This document shows positions 57,500-64,000 of a DNA stretch of 64,000 nt, piece by piece. A program made the translations under genes and the position numbers. A model generated the notes under the pieces. The model had not been told where the DNA came from. It searched no databases and saw only the letters and a program-made list of their open reading frames with translations. This DNA comes from Bacteroidota bacterium (lineage in GTDB: Bacteria > Bacteroidota > Bacteroidia > AKYH767-A > OLB10): contig JADJMG010000010.1 in the NCBI GenBank assembly GCA_016709725.1, positions 73,490-137,489 of the forward strand, in the 5' to 3' direction. Numbering within the stretch: position 1 is the stretch's first letter; each line of letters opens with the position of its first letter.

Positions 57500-58914
57500 A
57501 TGAAAATCGAACAAATTTATACTGGATGTTTAGCTCAAGGAGCTTATTATATTGAATCAAATGGTGAAGCGGCTATTGTAGATCCATTGAGAGAGTTCAA
57601 GCCTTATATGGATCGTCTCCATAAAGGAAATGCAAAATTAAAGTATGTGCTCGAAACACATTTTCATGCTGATTTTGTTTCCGGTCATTTGGATTTGGCT
57701 CGACAAACAGGAGCTCAAATTGTGTATGGTCCCAGCGCGAAAGCAGAGTTTAACTTCCACGAAGCCATGGATAATGAGATGTTGCCATTAGGAAATGTAT
57801 TTATCAAAGTACTACACACACCTGGACATACGATGGAGTCGAGTTGTTTTTTAGTGATTGATGAGCATGGAAAGGAACATGCTTTGTTCTCAGGCGACAC
57901 TTTATTCATTGGTGATGTGGGTCGTCCTGACTTAGCACAAAAGGAGAAATTACACAAGAAGTATTGGCGGGTTATTTATACGATTCATTGCGAAATAAAA
58001 TAATGACATTGCAGGAAGATGTGATAGTGTATCCTGGACATGGCGCCGGTTCTGCTTGCGGAAAAAATATGTCGAATGAAACCACTGATACCTTAGGTCA
58101 TCAACTAAAGAATAATTATGCTTTGAGAGCTAATATGTCGAAGGAAGAATTTGTGAATGAAGTATTGACTGGATTGATGCCACCACCTGCCTATTTTCCA
58201 AAAAATGCGGCTATGAATAAAATGGACAGTCAAAGTTTCAAGGAAGTTATTGAACGCGGATCTCGACCACTAGACGTAGCGACGTTTAAGTTTGTTGCTG
58301 AAGAATCAGATGTTTTAATTTTGGATACTCGAGATCCCGATGAATTTGTAAAAGGATTTATTCCGGGTTCAATAAATATTGGATTGAATGGAAATTTTGC
58401 ACCCTGGGCTGGCGCATTGATTCCTGATTTAAAACAAGAGATATTATTGGTGACAGAACCTGGTAGAGAGGAGGAAGTAATTACTCGACTTTCTAGAGTA
58501 GGATTCGATTATACTATTGGTTATTTGGATGGAGGGTTCTCAGCTTATTTAAAGAGTGGTGAACTCGTGGATAGCATTGAGTCCATTGATGCGATAGAAT
58601 TGAGAAAACGAATTGATAAAGATAATCACTTAGCACTTCTTGATGTGCGTAGAAAAAGTGAATACGATGCACAGCATATTTTAAATACGGAAGTAGCGCC
58701 TTTAGATTATATCAACGAAAGTATGAGTAAGATACATCGCGCGCAGGATACTTATGTTTATTGCGCTGGTGGATATCGTTCTGTAATCTTTATTTCTATT
58801 CTAAAAGCCAGAGGTTTTGATAAATTAATAAATGTGAATGGAGGATTCAATGCCTTAAAAAATTCTGGACTGTTTAACGTCTCAGCATACCATGAGCCCA
58901 CTACACTGTTGTAA
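57500..58914 (+). pseudogene. Paralogous PDO-like MBL hydrolase / double-rhodanese fusion, frame-broken
   Basis: The 167-aa and 316-aa ORFs are colinear with 55729..57147. Adding 1 nt to the A4 run at 57939..57942 gives DLAQKGEITQEVLAGYLYDSLRNK. The paralog has CAAAAA at the same site. Confidence 0.8.
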
Positions 58915-58943
58915 AAAGTAAATTAATCTAAAAAAAATTGAGA

Positions 58944-59273
58944 ATGATAAAGTTATTGCAGAATTTATTTAAAAAGAATTACGAAGATTGCGATGGACAG
59001 GAGTTTAAAACGAAGCTGAAAGAGAATGCAAACGCAGTATTGTTAGATGTACGATCAGCTTCTGAATTTAAATCTGGAACCATAAAAGGCGCTAAAAACT
59101 CCAATATGTTGAGTCCATCATTCTCCTCAGAAATTACAACCATGGATCCCACTAAAACCTACTTTGTTTTTTGCAGAAGTGGTGCGAGAAGCGGAACCGC
59201 AGCCAACATGATGTCGAAGCTTGGTTTGAAAGTGATCAATTTAAAGGGCGGAATCTCGGCGTGGCCGAGGTAA
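58944..59273 (+). CDS. Single-domain rhodanese-like sulfurtransferase
   Basis: About 109 aa with LLDVRSASEF and the active-site loop FCRSGARSG. ATG at 58944 preferred over the TTG at 58938. Confidence 0.85.
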   Translation: MIKLLQNLFKKNYEDCDGQEFKTKLKENANAVLLDVRSASEFKSGTIKGAKNSNMLSPSFSSEITTMDPTKTYFVFCRSGARSGTAANMMSKLGLKVINLKGGISAWPR

Positions 59274-59308
59274 ATTCAGAATGCAGAATGCAGAATTAAG
59301 AATTATTG
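59274..59308. repeat. 7-nt degenerate tandem tract (AATTCAG/AATGCAG/AATTAAG)
   Basis: Begins immediately after the rhodanese stop codon. Roughly the inverse complement of the tract at 59443..59483. Confidence 0.8.
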
Positions 59309-59367
59309 CTTATAATAATAAAATTAGTTTTACTTCGAAGAATGTATTGTATTTATTAAAAAATAGC

Positions 59368-59401
59368 GAATGCCTAATTCATATTTCTGAATTAGGCATT
59401 C
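59368..59401 (-). terminator. 14-bp hairpin terminator (best read for the minus-strand slyD-like gene)
   Basis: GAATGCCTAATTCA / TGAATTAGGCATTC stem with a 6-nt loop. On the minus strand it is followed by GCTATTTTTTAATAAAT. Confidence 0.65.
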
Positions 59402-59442
59402 AACTTTCTTATTGGTTAAATTAATTTTGGTATAGCGCAAGC

Positions 59443-59483
59443 TCAATTCTGAATTCTGAATTCAGAATTCTTAATTCTTAATT
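59443..59483. repeat. 7-nt tandem tract (GAATTCT/TAATTCT)
   Basis: CAATTCT GAATTCT GAATTCA GAATTCT TAATTCT TAATTAA. It overlaps the stop codon of the slyD-like gene. Confidence 0.85.
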
Positions 59484-59994
59484 AATGCTCGTGCATCCCT
59501 GGCGTATGCGCATGTCCGTGTTCGATTTCTTCGGGAGAAGCTTCACGAACTTGAACTACCGTTCCGCTAAAATGCAAATCTTGACTCGCTAAGGGGTGAT
59601 TAAAATCGAGTAATACACTGCCGTCTTTGAAATCAACAACTTTTGCGACCATCTGATTTCCTTCGCGGTCGAGTAGTGGTACCATATTTCCGATACGCAA
59701 TACTTCTAAATCTAGAATTCCATCTACCTTAAACATGTCATCCGGAACGTTCACTAAAGCATCTGCTTCAGTCATGCCGTAGCCATTTTCTGCAGCGATG
59801 GTAAATTCGAAATTATTTCCTACTGATAATCCAGCAAGATTATCTTCAAAAGCAGGGATTAATTGTCCAGAGCCAAAGAGAAAGATTAATGGATTTTCAT
59901 TTCCGGTTTCTTCAACTTTATTTTTCTCACTTCCTTCTTGACTGCTGTGTAACACGTAGGTAACACTAACGACAGTATTTTGTCCAATTTGCAT
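59482..59994 (-). CDS. slyD: SlyD-like FKBP-type peptidyl-prolyl isomerase with a His-rich tail
   Basis: 170 aa. N-terminal V.V.Y.L pattern, an inserted flap-like region, LDFNHPLA and the C-terminal HGHAHTPGMHEH. Confidence 0.8.
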   Translation of the reverse strand: MQIGQNTVVSVTYVLHSSQEGSEKNKVEETGNENPLIFLFGSGQLIPAFEDNLAGLSVGNNFEFTIAAENGYGMTEADALVNVPDDMFKVDGILDLEVLRIGNMVPLLDREGNQMVAKVVDFKDGSVLLDFNHPLASQDLHFSGTVVQVREASPEEIEHGHAHTPGMHEH

Positions 59995-60104
59995 ATCTTA
60001 TTGTTTTATAGGCTTTTGCAAATGCCTATGCGAGGAATATGCTGCCGTGTTTGAAATGCAAAAGTAAACAATTTAGAAAAAGGTGCAATATGTTTTATCG
60101 TTGA

Positions 60105-61139
60105 TTAGGGCAAATTGGGCGTTGATTCTACCGAATACCAATCGTAGATCGATTTGGTAATGTTTGCTATCAACTGTGTTTGATAAGCTTGATCATTTCC
60201 GCTGGTCATAATAGTAAGTGCAATGGAATTGTCGGGGAGATAGATAATTGCTGTTTCATGAATTTCCTGGAAAGTTGTGTCTCTATATCCTCTTTCTCCA
60301 AACTTGTGTGCAATTAAAATGGAATCAGGAATTCCTTTTTTCATTCCATCATTAAATTTTGTATCCGTTAATAAATCAAGAGCAAATTCAGATAAATTTT
60401 GATTGGTGTAACTGGCGTTATAAAGCACTCTCATGAATTTACTGAGATCAATAGCCGACATTTTTACTGAAGATTGTTGGATTTTTGGAATTTCCATTCC
60501 TAAATCAGTAAAAACATTGTATACATATTCAGGTTCGATGTTTTGATTCAACAGCATGTTGGCTTGATTGTCGGAATCAATAATCATCGCTTTTATTAAA
60601 TTCCTTACCGTATAGGTTTTCCCTTTTTCTATCATGTTTGTAACAATGGTTTGCTTAGGCATCGCATCATTTACAATATCATATTTTATCCTTTTATCAA
60701 AAAAACTTGGTGATACTTCTAGTCTTTTTAGATAGGCAAGTAGAATAGGTAATTTCATGATGCTCCCTGGGTCGAATAAATCATTTTGTTGAATGCCCAT
60801 CCAACTACCATTGTTAAATTCCCTTAAATAAACGGAAACGTTACTTACTTTACCAGTTGCTTTCTCTGAAGCAATTTTAGTCAGTAGCTCTTGTTTTAAA
60901 TTTGAAAATTTCGAACTTTCGTTAAGAACGTCGCTAAATAACAATGGTTGAGAAAGCCGATGTCGCTTGATTCGAACCAAATTCATTCTTTCATCGCAAC
61001 TAGGAGCAGCTACGGATTGTTTCTCACCTACTTTTGTGGGCAAGTTTTTACTAAACATGTATGTAAATACAATGCTTAGGGTGCAGGCAAGTACTACCTT
61101 GTAATAAGGTAGTTTGCCTCCCTTTAAGGAAGAGATCAT
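60105..61139 (-). CDS. Class A beta-lactamase-related serine hydrolase
   Basis: 344 aa with an N-terminal membrane anchor. S-x-x-K (SIMK), SDN (IIDSDNQA) and an HKFG triad-like motif occur in class A order. Confidence 0.7.
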   Translation of the reverse strand: MISSLKGGKLPYYKVVLACTLSIVFTYMFSKNLPTKVGEKQSVAAPSCDERMNLVRIKRHRLSQPLLFSDVLNESSKFSNLKQELLTKIASEKATGKVSNVSVYLREFNNGSWMGIQQNDLFDPGSIMKLPILLAYLKRLEVSPSFFDKRIKYDIVNDAMPKQTIVTNMIEKGKTYTVRNLIKAMIIDSDNQANMLLNQNIEPEYVYNVFTDLGMEIPKIQQSSVKMSAIDLSKFMRVLYNASYTNQNLSEFALDLLTDTKFNDGMKKGIPDSILIAHKFGERGYRDTTFQEIHETAIIYLPDNSIALTIMTSGNDQAYQTQLIANITKSIYDWYSVESTPNLP

Positions 61140-61331
61140 AAAATTTACACGTTTTGGAAGTGCACCACTAAGGTGAGGAGTAAAACTGTTTTATCCAAAT
61201 TATAAAAAAATAATTTGGATAAAGTATATAGACTTGTGTTTTACTAATAAAAAGGGCGATAATAATCGAATACTAAAGGTTAAAATTCAACCTGGTTTTT
61301 TATTAAGTTGAACTCGTTGAGTAATGAGGGA

Positions 61332-61943
61332 CTAAGCATTATCTTTCCATCTCCAGAGATGCCTAGAAGCTAAACTTCGATAGGGTTGCCAAGCTAATGA
61401 AATGCGAATCATTTCTGCTTTCAATTCCTTTCCTTTTAACGGGATTTCATAAAGTTTAATCATCGCTTGCTGGATGCCTAAGTCATCGACAGGTAATACA
61501 TCAGGTCGATTCAAATTAAACATCAATATCATCTCTGCGGTCCATCTTCCAACACCTTTTATACTCGATAAATAATCAATTAAATCGTCATCACTTTTTC
61601 GATAAAGTCGTTTGTATTCAAGCGTGTTTTCAAGTGAAAAGTTGGCAATGTTTTTTAAGTAACCACCTTTTTGATACGAAAGTCCAACTGCTCTCAATTG
61701 TTCAATATCCATTTTAAGAATAGCGAGCTCAGTAGGTTGTTCGTCAGGAAATAATAGAATAAATCGATTCCAAATAGTTGACGCAGCTTTTGTGGAGAGT
61801 TGTTGACTGACTATAGCACTCAGCAAAGAGGTAAATAAATCTTTTTGATGAGCTGCTTCTAATTTTCCTGTTTGTTTAATGATCTCTTTTAATTTTTGAT
61901 CTTTTCTGAGATGTTTATAAGCAACATCAATATCCCATTTCAT
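61332..61943 (-). CDS. DNA-3-methyladenine glycosylase II (HhH-GPD, AlkA-like)
   Basis: Start chosen at MKWDIDVAYKHL (61943), which avoids overlap with the upstream gene. HhH-GPD elements IKGVGRWTAEMILMF and VLPVDDLGIQ. Confidence 0.8.
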   Translation of the reverse strand: MKWDIDVAYKHLRKDQKLKEIIKQTGKLEAAHQKDLFTSLLSAIVSQQLSTKAASTIWNRFILLFPDEQPTELAILKMDIEQLRAVGLSYQKGGYLKNIANFSLENTLEYKRLYRKSDDDLIDYLSSIKGVGRWTAEMILMFNLNRPDVLPVDDLGIQQAMIKLYEIPLKGKELKAEMIRISLAWQPYRSLASRHLWRWKDNA

Positions 61944-61959
61944 ATTAATATTCGTTAAT

Positions 61960-63300
61960 TTAGGGTTTAGGTTTATTTTGAATTCTCCATTCTTTAGGAT
62001 AGTAGTTATTCCAACGCGATGCAATTTTTTTTGCCCAGCCTAAAGGTTGATTTTGAAAGGTAACTAAATGCCATCCTAATGCTTCACTTTGCGTTTGCAG
62101 GGGCTCTCCACATAAATAGTTGATAGATTCTTGCTCTGAAAGATCGACTGTTGGATGATTTTTATTCAATTGTAAACTCAGTGCTAGCTCTGCCGATGGG
62201 ATGAAATCTTTTCCTTTTATTTCACCTAACAAGATTCCACTCATTCGAATGTAATTGGTTTTACTTAATTGCTGCGTGAGCTCGTTTACTTCTTTTGAGT
62301 TGGCATAAATGAAATCTTGTTGTTGAGTGATTACAAACGAAGTATCATCAATTAACCATTTTTCGAAACTTGGAAGCATGGTTTTTTTTGATGTGATTTT
62401 AGTTGAAGTGTATTTGTTCTCGACATTTAATTCACCATCTTTTTTTAAAAGACAACAATAAAATCCTTCACTTTTTACTCGGTGCGGATAGGCTTGCCAG
62501 CCGTATTTTGTTTGTGCTATTCCAAGTGGCGGTTTAGGTGTAACTACTTTCATTCCAAAATTAGCAATCAGTTGTTCTATTTGGTCGTCGTTTTCTGTTG
62601 CTTCATAAGTACAGGTTGAGTAGATAAGATACCCTCCCGGTTTTAAGGAAGGTAGAATCTCTTCCAAAATTTTTGTCTGACGCTGACTACAAACCATCAC
62701 TTGATCAACGCTCCATTCTAATATTGCTTGATCATCTTTTCTGAAAAGTCCTTCGCCACTGCAGGGTGCATCTATAATAATAGCATCAAATTGAATGTTA
62801 CTTTTTGCAAAATCTTCTGCTTTATTTTGGGTTACAATGCAATTGGAATATCCCCATTTTGCTATATTTTGTCGGAGTATTTTATTTCTTAATGGAATGG
62901 TTTCATTGCTCACTAATATTCCTTCTCCATTCATTAAACTCAATACATGCGTCGATTTTCCTCCTGGTGCAGCGCATAAATCCAAGATTCTTAAATTCTT
63001 GTTTTTTTCTAGAATGGGAGTAAGAAGTTTTTCTAATAACATCGATCCTGCTTCTTGAACATAATAGGCTCCTGCATGAAATAAGGGGTCGTAAGTAAAG
63101 ACAGGACGAGAAGACAAATAAATTCCTGCCTCACACCATTCCACTTTTTGAGCTTCCTGAAAAATAGTTGAGTTGTTTTTGTTTGGATGTAATCTTAATG
63201 AAATGGGCGGCGGGATTTCCTGACTTTCAAAAAATGCTGTCGCTTCTCCTTTTAGGAGTTCATTCATTTTTTGTTTAAAAGATTCAGGAAATATTTTCAT
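61960..63300 (-). CDS. RsmB/RsmF (NOL1/NOP2/Sun) family RNA cytosine-C5 methyltransferase
   Basis: 446 aa with SAM motif DLCAAPGGKSTH, IIDAPCSGEG and YSTCT. Confidence 0.85.
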   Translation of the reverse strand: MKIFPESFKQKMNELLKGEATAFFESQEIPPPISLRLHPNKNNSTIFQEAQKVEWCEAGIYLSSRPVFTYDPLFHAGAYYVQEAGSMLLEKLLTPILEKNKNLRILDLCAAPGGKSTHVLSLMNGEGILVSNETIPLRNKILRQNIAKWGYSNCIVTQNKAEDFAKSNIQFDAIIIDAPCSGEGLFRKDDQAILEWSVDQVMVCSQRQTKILEEILPSLKPGGYLIYSTCTYEATENDDQIEQLIANFGMKVVTPKPPLGIAQTKYGWQAYPHRVKSEGFYCCLLKKDGELNVENKYTSTKITSKKTMLPSFEKWLIDDTSFVITQQQDFIYANSKEVNELTQQLSKTNYIRMSGILLGEIKGKDFIPSAELALSLQLNKNHPTVDLSEQESINYLCGEPLQTQSEALGWHLVTFQNQPLGWAKKIASRWNNYYPKEWRIQNKPKP

Positions 63301-63326
63301 AGGAGAATGGTTGTAAAAATAGATGA

Positions 63327-64000
63327 TTATTCTTCATTAAAGTTTAAATTTTTACCAAATGTTTCTGGTAAGTAAAGGGTGGATGCTATAGCTAAAGTCC
63401 ACACCATTATACCTGTAATTATTAATCCCATAGCCAAATCAACTTGAAAATAGGATTGTATCCATAAATGAAATGGAACTAAAAGGGTAATGGATCCACG
63501 CATAAAATTTGTTACCGTGGCTGTTGCTAGTACTCTTAAATTGGTGCCAAAATGTTCGGCAGTCGAGGTGACGAAAACACTGAGATAACCACACCCTAAT
63601 CCCATCCAAAATGAAGTAAAATTTAAGCTTAATCCATTTCTGATATTGCTGAAATGTACACAGGTTGCAAAAATAGCAACAAGCATAAAACTTAAAAGCA
63701 CTTTCTTTCTTGTCTGTAGAAGTTGACTTAATATTCCGGAACTTAAATCACCGGCCGTTATTCCAATTTGAAATAAAATAAAGCAGGTAGCTAGCTGTAA
63801 GTTTTTAATATGGTAAATTTGTGCTATCTCAGGAGATAATGATATAAGTAAGCCTACGCTATACCAAATCGGTACGCCCATTAAGATACAAGCGATGTAT
63901 TTAATACTTCTGTTTCTATTTTTAAATAGCACTTTAAAATTCCCTTTTTTGTGATTGGCGAGATGGATTTGTTCTCTGAAAATTTGTGGTTCGGAGACTT
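63327..64000 (-). CDS. MFS transporter, C-terminal half (N-terminus lies beyond the window)
   Basis: Six predicted transmembrane segments. The reading frame stays open upstream of the track start all the way to position 64000. Confidence 0.7.
   Translation of the reverse strand, partial: VSEPQIFREQIHLANHKKGNFKVLFKNRNRSIKYIACILMGVPIWYSVGLLISLSPEIAQIYHIKNLQLATCFILFQIGITAGDLSSGILSQLLQTRKKVLLSFMLVAIFATCVHFSNIRNGLSLNFTSFWMGLGCGYLSVFVTSTAEHFGTNLRVLATATVTNFMRGSITLLVPFHLWIQSYFQVDLAMGLIITGIMVWTLAIASTLYLPETFGKNLNFNEE

Overview
AT-rich Bacteroidota chromosomal segment. The lineage call rests on type A and type B T9SS C-terminal sorting domains, a PorP/SprF gene, a GWxTD protein and the nusB-DUF1573-yajC-YbbR-like-coaE block. 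It looks Flavobacteriia/Cryomorphaceae-like, but that is inference only. I count about 50 protein genes and one tRNA-Ser(UGA). Housekeeping genes include ftsK-lolA, proC, tsaC, a Leu/Val dehydrogenase, an ABC exporter, an RsmF-like methyltransferase and an AlkA-like glycosylase. Cell-surface loci are interspersed among them: a C25 gingipain-like peptidase, a 5-gene T9SS type-B cargo operon (adhesin, PorP/SprF, OmpA/TPR/PD40 protein, adhesin, REC-Hpt protein) and a 2599-aa PKD-rich adhesin. There is also a sulfide/persulfide detox cluster with a tandemly duplicated persulfide dioxygenase-rhodanese fusion, and a homogentisate-prenyltransferase-like UbiA gene next to a methyltransferase. I saw no integrase, transposase, reverse transcriptase, cas, restriction or recognisable defence genes, and I did not find a convincing novel multi-gene protein system. 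Three things stand out. (1) The non-coding architecture: a 1.2-kb ORF-free interval full of stem-loops with two homologous ~85-nt units, a hairpin cluster downstream of the tRNA, short-period (7-10 nt) tandem repeats abutting many stop codons, and palindrome-rich MITE-like blocks shared between intergenic regions. (2) Five genes are broken by nine frame-breaking 1-nt indels, and every one I resolved sits in a homopolymer run. (3) Two genes carry in-frame TAA codons. All calls come from manual reading of the ORF translations and the DNA; no searches were run.
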